Shown: in pieces, positions 20,758-30,409 of the stretch | How positions within the stretch are numbered: position 1 is the first letter of the stretch | How the letters are laid out: every line of letters starts with the position of its first letter | Origin: Candidatus Bathyarchaeia archaeon | Lineage (GTDB): Archaea; Thermoproteota; Bathyarchaeia; Bathyarchaeales; Bathycorpusculaceae | DNA: 64,000 nt | Assembly: GCA_049515895.1 (NCBI GenBank) | Contig: JBEKTQ010000002.1 | Coordinates: 1 to 64,000 of the forward strand | Reading direction: 5' to 3' | Position numbers and translations under genes: made by a program | Notes under the pieces: generated by a model | The model's database searches: none | The model's input: the letters and a program-made list of their open reading frames with translations, nothing else | Told to the model about the DNA's origin: nothing

Positions 20758-23463
20758 TTATGGCCGTTTTCTTGTGACGAGTAATGCGAGTACAGCGCCG
20801 ATGATGATTATCACGATGATGATAGCGATGCCTATGTATTCGAGTGTGGTTTGCGTGGCGACGCCGCTAAGCGGGGTAGCCGTTGGTGCTGGTGTTGCAG
20901 CTGCTTGCATCACAGTAAAGCTTGTTGAGTCTGTTGACGGCCAGTAACCGTTGGTGCCAGCGAAGGCGGCGTAAACCGTGTAGTTACCTGGTATGTCTGG
21001 TGTCCACGTCAGCGTGTACATTCCGTTTGCGTTGGTTGTGGCCGTGCCTATTTGTCTGTAGTTGTTGTTGTTGTCTAAGACGTAGATGTTAACTGGAACG
21101 CCCGTGAAGTTGGCCGGTGCCGGCTGCTGCTGGTAGACGTAGCCCATCCATTCACGCATGCTTGCGTCGGAACAGACTGGAACTCCGTTTGGAAAGTCAG
21201 CTGCCTGCTCGTTTTGCTTCGTGCCTGCTGAAACGTCGGTAACTGTGCCACGTATTACTACTGGTTGTCCTGAGGCTAAACCTGCTTCTGGTGCATTAAC
21301 TGTGGTTTGGCTTGGTCCTCTGCCGACAACGTAGATTTGCGCGTCGTACCCGTTGAACCACGTGTTGTAGCCGTCTGCAGCGGCGTAGCTGAACGTCTGG
21401 AATTCGCCTGTGTACTCTGAGATGCTCCAGATTTCCTTTCCAGTTGTAGCGTTGATAGCTCGTGCTAATCCACCCTTGAAGAGTGGCGATTCAGGCGTAT
21501 GTTCCGTGGTGACAAGGTATACTGCTCCGCTGCCTATGGCGTTAACGAAGGTTGGATAGTTGGCGAAAGGAGTTTCAAGACCTGAATTTGTGCTGTTGCC
21601 TTCGCCGCCGTTGCCGTATGTCCATAATAGATTGCCTGTCTTTGTGTCATAGCAGTAGACAATTCCTGCGTATGCGCTGCTGTACATTTTTCCGTAACCA
21701 AATGCATTTGCTAAGCTGCCTGATGCTGGGCTGCCGTAGTAATCAAGGAATGCTTGAGGCACAGTTGGGCCCCAGACCTTCTGGCCGGTATCCAAGCTAT
21801 AGCCTACATATTGCGAAGTTTCTCTCCAGTTTTCAACGAAAACGCGATTTACCGGATCAATTCCTGCCTCGAGAACAGTGATGTTGTTTGCTGGCGGGTT
21901 ATAGGTCTGTTTCCAAAGTATCGAACCCAACGTTTTATGACTCTCGCTAATGCTGACAGCGAAGTACGTGTATGGTGTACTACTTTGTGGACCCATGAAT
22001 ATAGCGCCTGTTGAAGGTAGGTTGCCGCTGTAGCATAGTAATCTGTCGTCGAGGATTGCTCCGACTTGAGTGACTGGACCGCTTGGAACTCCCGTAACGG
22101 AGACGTTGAAGTCATACATAGTTGGGTTTGCTCCGTTAGTAATCGGTGGAATAACAGTTGGCGAAGTTGACAAACCTGAGTATAGATTGTCCCACAGCCT
22201 AGACGAGTTCCATTCCTGCAGATAGTAGTTTGGGTTCGATGTGGTGCCAAGGTTTACCAAATTAATTACCAGTTGTTCTCCTTCTGAACCAAGGATAGTT
22301 GTGCCGACAGGAACGTTAGTTACGTTGAACATTGGGTCTCCTGTGAATGCATCAAAAGCCATCCAAGTAAGAGGAAATACACCGAAAAGCGATGCGCCTC
22401 CAGAAGTGGCAAATACTATTGGTGGGTAAACTCCGTGTTGGTTAGGGTCTTGAACATCATAAACGTAGGCGAATGATAGTGCAGGTACATTAGAGCGAGA
22501 CCAAATAAGCTGTCCAGTTTGCAAGTTGACACAGTCGGTTGGTCCGTAAGCGCTGCCGCTTAATCCGCCTGGAACGCCTGCGAAGGATATAGGTTCAGTG
22601 TAGTAGAGCATTCCGTCAACTATTATCGGGTTCGTGTATCTTTGATTGTATGCTGAGCCTTCGAAATAGGTGTCGCCTGCAATTAAAGTTTGGTTTCCTC
22701 CGACGACTCCGCCACTGTCTAGTGGCTTAGTCCACATTACGTGGCTGGTCAATGAACCGACGACGTCTCCTGCTCCGGCTAATTGCTCGCCGTTGCCTCC
22801 CGCATTGTATGTCCCGAGGAAGCCTGTGTATCCTGGTGCGAGGTCACCTAGCCAGTTTGATGAAACAGTGTACCAGTTGGTGTTATAACCGTATATTGGG
22901 CGTGTCCAGTAAGCTGACGGCAGCGGTGTGGTTGGATAATAAGAAATTGGTGCCTGCTGAACAGTAAGAGTAGTTGAGGCGGCGCTGGGTGCATAATAAT
23001 CGCCTTCGTATGGAGCGTTAGATCCAAACATAGTGAAGGTTATGGGGAAATTGTATGTTTGACCAGGGAAGGAAAAGTTCAGAGTATAGGTGCCGACCTG
23101 AGTTGGAGTGAATGAAAAGTCTTGCGCTGACGTTGGGTCCGAAATAGTTTGGAAGGTCTGTTTTTGCACATCGCCGTTTGGCGCGGTGATGGTGAGCACA
23201 TAGTTTGCAAATCGAATATTATTTCCAAACGCTGCATTGAAGATTACTTGGTTAAGCCAAATGATAATTTCTACCGATTGGCCCGTTCCGACTGGGTTAG
23301 TTGAAACGCTAATGTACGCGAATGTTGGAATTGTTTCTCCCGGCGTTTGTGCTTTAGCAATTGGTACGAGCATCAATGATGCTGACATAGAAAGTATGAA
23401 GAATATAGCGATTGCAATTGCTCCTGTTTTGCTTTTGAAAGATTTCATTAATTTACTTGACAT
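20758..23463 (-). CDS. large secreted PQQ-like beta-propeller surface protein with C-terminal membrane anchor
   Basis: Signal peptide, Ig-like N-domain, repeated D..TG..LW motifs, Thr/Pro linker, TM helix + TRKRP tail. Confidence 0.85.
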   Translation of the reverse strand: MSSKLMKSFKSKTGAIAIAIFFILSMSASLMLVPIAKAQTPGETIPTFAYISVSTNPVGTGQSVEIIIWLNQVIFNAAFGNNIRFANYVLTITAPNGDVQKQTFQTISDPTSAQDFSFTPTQVGTYTLNFSFPGQTYNFPITFTMFGSNAPYEGDYYAPSAASTTLTVQQAPISYYPTTPLPSAYWTRPIYGYNTNWYTVSSNWLGDLAPGYTGFLGTYNAGGNGEQLAGAGDVVGSLTSHVMWTKPLDSGGVVGGNQTLIAGDTYFEGSAYNQRYTNPIIVDGMLYYTEPISFAGVPGGLSGSAYGPTDCVNLQTGQLIWSRSNVPALSFAYVYDVQDPNQHGVYPPIVFATSGGASLFGVFPLTWMAFDAFTGDPMFNVTNVPVGTTILGSEGEQLVINLVNLGTTSNPNYYLQEWNSSRLWDNLYSGLSTSPTVIPPITNGANPTMYDFNVSVTGVPSGPVTQVGAILDDRLLCYSGNLPSTGAIFMGPQSSTPYTYFAVSISESHKTLGSILWKQTYNPPANNITVLEAGIDPVNRVFVENWRETSQYVGYSLDTGQKVWGPTVPQAFLDYYGSPASGSLANAFGYGKMYSSAYAGIVYCYDTKTGNLLWTYGNGGEGNSTNSGLETPFANYPTFVNAIGSGAVYLVTTEHTPESPLFKGGLARAINATTGKEIWSISEYTGEFQTFSYAAADGYNTWFNGYDAQIYVVGRGPSQTTVNAPEAGLASGQPVVIRGTVTDVSAGTKQNEQAADFPNGVPVCSDASMREWMGYVYQQQPAPANFTGVPVNIYVLDNNNNYRQIGTATTNANGMYTLTWTPDIPGNYTVYAAFAGTNGYWPSTDSTSFTVMQAAATPAPTATPLSGVATQTTLEYIGIAIIIVIIIIGAVLALLVTRKRP

Positions 23464-23506
23464 TTATTTTTCTCCTTTTTCTATGAACAAAAGTGTCAAA
23501 ATTTTT

Positions 23507-23585
23507 ATATTTAAAACTTTACCAGATTGTCAGAAATCTCAAATGAAATTGCCATTTCTACAACAAAGAGGCTATAACATAAGTT
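23507..23585. promoter_or_regulatory. upstream region homologous to 26669-26749 (TATA plus conserved block)
   Basis: tatatttaa...tcaaa...aat...att...tac.a.aaa.aggc.ataa.ataag shared by both surface-protein upstream regions. Confidence 0.5.
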
Positions 23586-23745
23586 TTCGAAATCACAAAA
23601 ACAAGTTTTATTCTTGGTCAACAGGGGTGCTGTCAAAAGATCATGCGTTTAGCGATTGTTGTAGAAGAAAAATATCATGGCCTCTAAGTGGTCATCGTTT
23701 ATAAAAACTAAAAAAAGGGAGTGAAGTTTGTTTATTATTTTTTTC

Positions 23746-26631
23746 TTATGGCCGTTTTCTTGTGACGAGAATAGCAAGCACTGCGCCGATGATGACTATC
23801 ACTATGATAATCGATACGAGTCCGTACATGAGTGTGTTGTTTGAGGCTAAGCCTGCGACCGGTGTTGCCGTTGGTGCGATTGTAGGCGATGGGTTGCCAG
23901 TGTAGAAGTGCGTTTCAGCTGATGATGGCCAGTATCCGTTGGTTCCTGCGAAGTTTGCGTAGACAGTGTAGTTTCCTGAGATGTCTGGAGTCCATGTTAG
24001 GCTGTAACTGCCGCTTGTGTCTGTTGTGGTTGTTCCTATGGTTCTGTAGTTGCCGTTGCTGTCTAAGACGGATATCGTTACTGGTACGCCTGTGAAGTTG
24101 GTTGGCATAGGTTGCTGCTGGTAGACGTATCCCATCCAAGTTTGCATGCTTGCGTCAGAGGATACTGGAACTCCCCTTGCGAAGTCAGCTGCCTGTTGTG
24201 TCTGCTGTGTTCCCGCTGAAACATCCATTACTGTGCCGCTGATGACTGCTGCTTGTCCGAATGATAGCCCTGCGTTTGGTGCTGTGACTGTTGTGACGCT
24301 GGGTCCGCGGCCTACGCAATAGAGTTGGTTGTCATAGCCATTCGGGAACACTGAGAAGCCGTCTGCCATGGCGTAGCTGATTGTTGTGAACTCGCCTGTA
24401 TAGTCGGATAGCGTCCAGATTTGTTGGCCTGTGGTTTCGTTGATTGCGTGTGCTAACGCACCTTTGTATATTGGGTCAGTGATGGTGTGTTCTGTCGAGA
24501 CGAGGTAGACTACTCCGCCGCCGACTGCGTTGATGAATGTCGGGTAGTCACCGTAGAAGACGTTTAAGCCTGCTTTGGTGCTGTTGTCGCTGCCGAAGGG
24601 TCCGTTTCCGAAGGTCCACTCGAGCTTGCCTGTTGTGTCGCTGTAGCAAAAGAGAACTCCTCCGAAACCGCTGTAGAAGAAGTGACCGTCTGCCTCTTGG
24701 GCGTAGATTTGGGATGGAGCTGGTTGACCGTAGTAGTCCCATGAAGTCAATGATGGTGTGGGTGAAGTCCAGAGCTGTTTACCTGTGTTGAGGTCGTATC
24801 CAACATAGCTCAGGGTTTCTTGGTGTGCTTCCAAGAAGACGTTTGTTGTCGGGTCGACGCCTGCGTAGAAGACAGTGACGTTACCTGGCGGTGCTTGTTC
24901 CACTTGTGTCCACAGGAGTTTGCCGATGCTACCGGGGGCAAGGCTGATTCCGTAGTACGTGTATGGTGCCCAGCTTGGAGTAGTGAATGCTCCGGGGCTG
25001 GCTGGGAATGTTCCTCTTTCAAGTAGCATTATTTTGCCCGGAATCGCAGCTTCGATGGTTGGGGTTGTGCCTTGATCGTCTATGCCTGAGACTGTTACGT
25101 TCCAGTCATACATGTACAGTGGGCTGCTCGGGTTCACTACGTTCCCGTAGACAGTATAGTTGTTGGTGGGATAGTTATCTAGACCATTGGTGATTCCTGC
25201 TGGTTCATTTAGATCATATCCTGCTGGTACACTGACTGTTCGTTGAGGCCCACCGGTTACGTATTGGGCTTGTGCAGTGGTTATGGCTGCGCCGGTTGCT
25301 GTTGACATGTTGTAGAGGGTTGGGGTGCTGTCGATGGCACCTGTCCATGGGTCGAAGGTGTTGTCCCATAGTCTTGATGAGTTCCATTCACCCAGGTAGA
25401 AGTTTGGCGCTGAGGAATTTCCAACATTGGTGAAGATATATCTTAAGTGTTCACCCATTAAACCCAACGCTTCGTAACCTGAAGGTGCACCTGAGACGCT
25501 GAACAATGGTAAACCGGTGTATGCGTCGTATGCTTTTGCGAAGTTGCTTGTAAAGAGGATTGCTGGGTAGACTCCGTGTTGGTCAGTTTGCCATACGTTG
25601 TAGATGTAGGCGAATGAAAGCGTACCTATCTGGGTTGATGTCCAAAGAGTCTTGCCTGTCGCCAAATCTACTGCTGTGCAGGGTCCCGAGGTTGATCCTG
25701 TGAATGAAACTGGCGGGTTGTAATACAGTATGCCGTTGCAGATTATTGGGTTGGTAATTCTTTGGCAGTATGCTGAACCCTCAAAGTAGCCTGCGCCCTG
25801 TCCTGTTTGGAACAAGTTGCCGCCCACTACTCCGCCTTCCTGAATCGGCTTTGTCCACATGACATGCCCAGTTAATGGACCTACCGCATCGCCTGGGTAC
25901 CGTTCCACATCTGAACCCCAACCACCTGAACCGGTGGAGAAGGCAGTTAGGTCTCCGGAACCTGTGACTGGACTGACGGGTGCGCCAGTTCCTAGCCAGT
26001 TAGACGAAATCGTGTACCATGCTGTGTTTTCACCGTAGATTGGGCGTGTCCAATAGGAAGTTGGTAATGGTGAGCTGCCTATGGCCGCTGGAATCGGGTT
26101 TTGTTGTACTGTTACGGTTGTTGATACTTGGCTTGGCTCGTAGTAGTCGCCGGCGACCACTGATCCGGGTTTACCGTCTCCGTTAGCGCCGTATACTTGT
26201 CCTGGGAAAGTGAAGATGAATGTATAGGTGCCGACTGCGGCGGGTGTATAGGTTGTGAATTGGTTTGCTGTTGGGTCTGTGACTGTTGGGAAAATGGTTG
26301 TGGATACTTTTCCGGAGGGGTCAATTACGGTAAGGTTGTAGTTTTGCCATCTGTAGCTGTTGTATAGAGCTGAATATGAGACTGCGGAAGCGGCCCCAGA
26401 ATCATAGCCCACACCGTAGATCATGTTGAGCCACATGTAGATAGTTAAGGTTTGACCGACACCGATTGGAGTGGGTTCCGCTGAAATGTAAGCATAAGTT
26501 GGAATCTGGTAGGGCGGTGTGTGAGCGTTAGCGTTCGGAATGAATGCAATTGAAGATGCCATCAAGAATGCCAAGAAGATTGCAAAGATCGCTGCTATTG
26601 TTTTTTTGTTAATTTTTTGCAAATTTCTCAT
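23746..26631 (-). CDS. large secreted PQQ-like beta-propeller surface protein, paralog of 20758-23463
   Basis: Same architecture; shared YWTRPIYG, HVMWTKP, YFEGSAY, GRGPS, FAGTNGYWPS, LVTRKRP. Confidence 0.85.
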   Translation of the reverse strand: MRNLQKINKKTIAAIFAIFLAFLMASSIAFIPNANAHTPPYQIPTYAYISAEPTPIGVGQTLTIYMWLNMIYGVGYDSGAASAVSYSALYNSYRWQNYNLTVIDPSGKVSTTIFPTVTDPTANQFTTYTPAAVGTYTFIFTFPGQVYGANGDGKPGSVVAGDYYEPSQVSTTVTVQQNPIPAAIGSSPLPTSYWTRPIYGENTAWYTISSNWLGTGAPVSPVTGSGDLTAFSTGSGGWGSDVERYPGDAVGPLTGHVMWTKPIQEGGVVGGNLFQTGQGAGYFEGSAYCQRITNPIICNGILYYNPPVSFTGSTSGPCTAVDLATGKTLWTSTQIGTLSFAYIYNVWQTDQHGVYPAILFTSNFAKAYDAYTGLPLFSVSGAPSGYEALGLMGEHLRYIFTNVGNSSAPNFYLGEWNSSRLWDNTFDPWTGAIDSTPTLYNMSTATGAAITTAQAQYVTGGPQRTVSVPAGYDLNEPAGITNGLDNYPTNNYTVYGNVVNPSSPLYMYDWNVTVSGIDDQGTTPTIEAAIPGKIMLLERGTFPASPGAFTTPSWAPYTYYGISLAPGSIGKLLWTQVEQAPPGNVTVFYAGVDPTTNVFLEAHQETLSYVGYDLNTGKQLWTSPTPSLTSWDYYGQPAPSQIYAQEADGHFFYSGFGGVLFCYSDTTGKLEWTFGNGPFGSDNSTKAGLNVFYGDYPTFINAVGGGVVYLVSTEHTITDPIYKGALAHAINETTGQQIWTLSDYTGEFTTISYAMADGFSVFPNGYDNQLYCVGRGPSVTTVTAPNAGLSFGQAAVISGTVMDVSAGTQQTQQAADFARGVPVSSDASMQTWMGYVYQQQPMPTNFTGVPVTISVLDSNGNYRTIGTTTTDTSGSYSLTWTPDISGNYTVYANFAGTNGYWPSSAETHFYTGNPSPTIAPTATPVAGLASNNTLMYGLVSIIIVIVIIGAVLAILVTRKRP

Positions 26632-26781
26632 TTTCTCCTTTTTTAGGTGGACAAGGTCTTACTTGCTGTATATTTAAGGTTTTGTAAATCAAGACGCAAA
26701 AATCAAACAGAATCACTATTTTTTACGAAAAAAGGCAATAATATAAGCTGCATTAGTCTGCAAAAAAAAACACTTATAAGG

Positions 26782-26803
26782 CGGAAACAAAACGGAAACA
26801 AAA
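26782..26803 (+). promoter_or_regulatory. 11-bp direct repeat CGGAAACAAAA x2 between TATA-like box and Lrp gene start
   Basis: cttataag g cggaaacaaaa cggaaacaaaa. Confidence 0.45.
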
Positions 26804-26810
26804 ATGTGCG

Positions 26811-27851
26811 ATGAATTTAAATAGAATGAAAAAATACCTTGAACGTCAACGAGGGGTATTAGCCTTAACCGAACAAATTAGTATAATCCAAGCAAAAATC
26901 CTAAAAGAGTTGCTGGCCGACGGGCGCCAGACTGACAATGAAATTGCCAAAAAAATAGGCGAAACAAAAGACAGCGTTAAGAAAAACCTTCGCAAAATGG
27001 AAGAAACTGGAATAATTGGCGGTGCAACAATACACATTAATTACAAGAGTTTCGGTTATAAGGCAGTAGCGCACATTCTAATCAACCTTGACTCGCAGCA
27101 AGAAGATCAACTTGTCAATTATCTGCAGAAAATGCCTGAAGTTTACTCATTCTACAATAGGGGAGTCAAAGGAAACTGGGATGTTATTACAATCATTAAA
27201 ACACTTGAACAGTTGAACGTCATCAAGGACCAATTCAAAAGACACTTTTCAATTTTGGAAATGAGAACTGCAATCTGGACAGATGTAAAAGAAATGAATT
27301 ACAACCTGACGATAACAAACGAGAATACGAAAACGCGAGATGCAGCAGACAATTATCAAGTAAAGGTTCAGAGAGGTAGTCCTAAATCAATGACTCTCGA
27401 TCAGGTTGACCTAAAAATATCTGATAAGCTCTCTGAGAACGGACGGGTGCCCATGGAAACACTCGGAAGAGAAATAGGAATCTCATCCTACACCGTCAAA
27501 AGAAGATACGAAAAACTTAAGAAAAACGGAGTATTAAAAGTAACAATTCAAGTTAACCCAAATAAGATTGGGTACCAAGCAATGTGCGTTTTTTTCACAG
27601 TAACCTCGCATGAAAACTCCTTCGCAATTATTGAAAAAATCAGCATGATACCAAATATCATAAGCATTATGAAAACGACTGGAGACTACGACTTGCAAAT
27701 TTGGGCAATGATAAAGGATTTAGGTCAATTTTTTTCGGTTCAGGAACAGCTGGGAAAAATTCAAGGCATAACGAAAATGGATACAGAAATGTGGTCATTA
27801 GAAAAATGGGAAAAATGGCCAAGCCCTCGCCAGTATATATCTACCTTTTAA
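26811..27851 (+). CDS. double-length Lrp/AsnC regulator (two wHTH-RAM units)
   Basis: ILKELLADGR..EIAKKIG and DLKI..LSENGR..LGREIG HTHs, each followed by a RAM-like domain (TTGDYDL). Confidence 0.88.
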   Translation: MNLNRMKKYLERQRGVLALTEQISIIQAKILKELLADGRQTDNEIAKKIGETKDSVKKNLRKMEETGIIGGATIHINYKSFGYKAVAHILINLDSQQEDQLVNYLQKMPEVYSFYNRGVKGNWDVITIIKTLEQLNVIKDQFKRHFSILEMRTAIWTDVKEMNYNLTITNENTKTRDAADNYQVKVQRGSPKSMTLDQVDLKISDKLSENGRVPMETLGREIGISSYTVKRRYEKLKKNGVLKVTIQVNPNKIGYQAMCVFFTVTSHENSFAIIEKISMIPNIISIMKTTGDYDLQIWAMIKDLGQFFSVQEQLGKIQGITKMDTEMWSLEKWEKWPSPRQYISTF

Positions 27852-27981
27852 GAGTCTCTCTGCCGCTTGGCAAATTCACCAAAATTTAATAAATTGGGCA
27901 ATTTCAACCGATATATTTTCAAGTAAGTGGGAAATATTAGTTCATAAAAATCCGCCCAACTTAAACAAAAGGAAGAAACTG

Positions 27982-28965
27982 TTGCCTAAAATCAAAGAGC
28001 TCGATTCGCAAATTCTAAAAAGCATGCTAAAAGATGGTCGAACTGGTTACCATGAAATAGCAGAGCAGTACGATGTGTCAACAAACAAGATTTGGAAGCG
28101 CTGCAAGGCGATGCAGAAAAAAGGGATAATGAAGGGCGCAACAGTACAGATGAATTTTGGCCTTTTCGGATATGAGGCACTCGCGACTTTGCTCATCAGC
28201 GTCGAGGCTCAGCAGCTCGAACACACAATGGAGCTCATTAAAGACATACCTGAGGTGCGCGCTTACAGGCAGTATAACAGCGTCTACAATATTAGAGCAG
28301 TCGCAAGTCTGAGGAACCTTAACGAACTGGATTATGTGAAACAGATCATCAGGCGGAAATTGCCTATAATGGGTTTAAAAACTTACATCTGGACAGGAGT
28401 CAGAAACATTCCTGAAAACTTGAACTTCACTGGTGCTCAGAAGAATACCGACATAACAAACACGACGAATCTATGTCCTTCGGTGGTTTTGCCGAGTGAA
28501 AGAATCACAATTGATGAGGTGGACAAGGAAATAGTGGCAAAGCTCACTGTAGACGGGCGAGCTTCATTCACTAAACTTGCACGTGAAATGGGATTGTCCA
28601 CTGACACAGTTGTAAGAAGATACCACAGGCTCAAGGAAAACTGCGCAATAAAGATTTCACTCCAAATAAACCCCAATAAAATTGGGTACACATCGTTATT
28701 AGATTTCAACATAGCTTTCACAGCACCCAGCGGCGTGTCAAAAGCGGTAGTTGAGTCACTTGCCAAAATTCCCGATGTTATTATAATTGTAGAAACAAGC
28801 GGTGATTATGATTTGCAATTGACGGCAATGGTAAGAGACGCCGCGCAATCATTCGACATCCAAGATCAAATCTCAAGAATCAGCGGCATAACAAAAATTG
28901 AAGTCAGCGCAAGAAGAATTCCCGAGATGTGGCCAACGTCGCAGCAGTACATGTCAACATTCTGA
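27982..28965 (+). CDS. double-length Lrp/AsnC regulator, paralog
   Basis: DSQILKSMLKDGR and DKEIVAKLTVDGRASFTKLA, TSGDYDL; shared WP..QY.STF C-terminus. Confidence 0.88.
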   Translation: MPKIKELDSQILKSMLKDGRTGYHEIAEQYDVSTNKIWKRCKAMQKKGIMKGATVQMNFGLFGYEALATLLISVEAQQLEHTMELIKDIPEVRAYRQYNSVYNIRAVASLRNLNELDYVKQIIRRKLPIMGLKTYIWTGVRNIPENLNFTGAQKNTDITNTTNLCPSVVLPSERITIDEVDKEIVAKLTVDGRASFTKLAREMGLSTDTVVRRYHRLKENCAIKISLQINPNKIGYTSLLDFNIAFTAPSGVSKAVVESLAKIPDVIIIVETSGDYDLQLTAMVRDAAQSFDIQDQISRISGITKIEVSARRIPEMWPTSQQYMSTF

Positions 28966-29175
28966 AAGATCTTTGACTTGATTACTAAACAAAAACTGAA
29001 GCTGGGCTTCCCTTGGAAGCTCCGGCCCTATAGGAGAAGTGGCCGACCAATTATCCTCTACAGTGCGATCAATCCACATTACATTTCCGTGTTCATAAAG
29101 AACCTCTCACGGACATGTCTAAATATGGTTTCATAGACGCGAAGCCTTAATTCATCGCTTTAATTCTCTTATGTT

Positions 29176-29847
29176 ATGCGAAGATTGCACATTTTTCTCA
29201 TTATTCTTATAGTGGCCATAGGCATCCTCCTCAGCCTTGTCGCAATTAGCCTGTATCTATCGGCAACCGCTTCTACCTATTATCAGTCAAGTTGGATGGG
29301 GGCGATGTGGCGGAGCATGGGGCTGGGTGGATCAACTGGCAGTGGAAACAATGGTGGAATGGGAGGAATGATGGGCGGAAACGGCACCAGAACCACGGCA
29401 ACACCTAATCTCTGGATAATCCCGACAACTCTTATGGCAGCAGCTATAATCGGCATAATAGGTTTTGGCTTTTACATCGTTCTCCCAGAAATCAGAAATA
29501 CCAATAGAACCTGCACACCAACCCGAAACGAAACGGTTTCGTTAATTCCGATGAAAACTTCGGATATAAGTGCCCCTGTTCCAAAAGCCTCATCTAACTC
29601 TTGCGAAGTAATCTTGAAGACCATGACACCTGAAGAACAAAAAGTCCTCAGCACATTGATTGCTCATCAGGGCAAATACCTTCAAAAGTACGTGGGCAAA
29701 GAAGCCGGACTCAGTCGGCTCAAAACCCACCGGATCGTAGCTCGTTTCGCGGAACGCGGTATAGTTACGGTAAAACCGCTGGGAAACACAAACGAAGTCA
29801 CAATCTCAGACTGGGTTAAGGGCGCAGAGACACAAAGCTCAACCTAA
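29176..29847 (+). CDS. two-TM membrane protein with Gly/Met-rich loop and C-terminal winged helix
   Basis: TM1, GGMGGMMGG loop, TM2, then MTPEEQKVL..Q..GLSRLKTHRIVARFAERGIV..GNTNEV. Confidence 0.75.
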   Translation: MRRLHIFLIILIVAIGILLSLVAISLYLSATASTYYQSSWMGAMWRSMGLGGSTGSGNNGGMGGMMGGNGTRTTATPNLWIIPTTLMAAAIIGIIGFGFYIVLPEIRNTNRTCTPTRNETVSLIPMKTSDISAPVPKASSNSCEVILKTMTPEEQKVLSTLIAHQGKYLQKYVGKEAGLSRLKTHRIVARFAERGIVTVKPLGNTNEVTISDWVKGAETQSST

Positions 29848-29880
29848 ACCGTTTCCGAAAAACTGTTTCAGGACGGTTTC
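29848..29880 (+). promoter_or_regulatory. three ACNGTTTC motifs upstream of a TATA-like box
   Basis: ACCGTTTC 29848, ACTGTTTC 29862, ACGGTTTC 29873. Confidence 0.4.
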
Positions 29881-29933
29881 GGCCAACTTCTATACCAAAC
29901 GCCGCGATATATATGATTTACAGGTAAATTGAA

Positions 29934-29999
29934 ATGAAAACTTTGGAAATAGTTGCCATTTTAGCCTTTGCGGCCGTGGAAGTTGAACCTGGACTTTGA
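29934..29999 (+). pseudogene. truncated secreted-protein gene (signal peptide only)
   Basis: MKTLEIVAILAFAAVEVEPGL*; TATATA and AGGT upstream; hydrophobic signal breaks off abruptly. Confidence 0.4.
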
Positions 30000-30060
30000 T
30001 TCATTTTCAAGTGGGTTTTTGAAGATGATTCGTTGATCTAGCGGCACAGGAACCGGCGCA

Positions 30061-30208
30061 ATCCTTTGACTTTTGTTCACTCGTTTTAATTTTTTTAGAC
30101 TTTTTTTAACTTTTCTTGACTTATTTTGACTTTTCTTAACTTTTTTTGACTCAACCTACAAACAAATCAAGCCCCAAACCAAAAAACCAACCCAAAACAC
30201 AAACAAAA
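30061..30208. repeat. nine in-register 10-nt units (TTTTTTTRAC-like) followed by A/C-rich core shared with 7510-7570
   Basis: atcctttgac ttttgttcac tcgttttaat ttttttagac tttttttaac ttttcttgac ttattttgac ttttcttaac tttttttgac. Confidence 0.75.
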
Positions 30209-30409
30209 GAATTCACACGAAGAAATCCCGGAGAAACACACTTTCAAACTACCACAAGTTCACTTGATATATTAGGAATAACCTAGCTGACCCGCCAAAT
30301 GAATTCTAAGTTAGTCAATGGAGACTTTGTCTATTTTGAGGTGTAGGATCTGCTTGGTTTAATCAGAACATCAGACAAGAAAGCTTAAGTGTTAAACGAT
30401 TCATAAAAA

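Noticed and set aside
23237-23704. ORF-track 155-aa plus-strand ORF
   Set aside because: Overlaps the surface-protein start and promoter in antisense; not protein-like
20758-26631. Surface proteins as diversity-generating retroelement targets or true PQQ dehydrogenases
   Set aside because: No reverse transcriptase or template repeat seen; catalytic PQQ-dehydrogenase residues could not be identified
30061-30150. Possible CRISPR array
   Set aside because: Units are 10 nt with no unique spacers, and no cas genes are in the window
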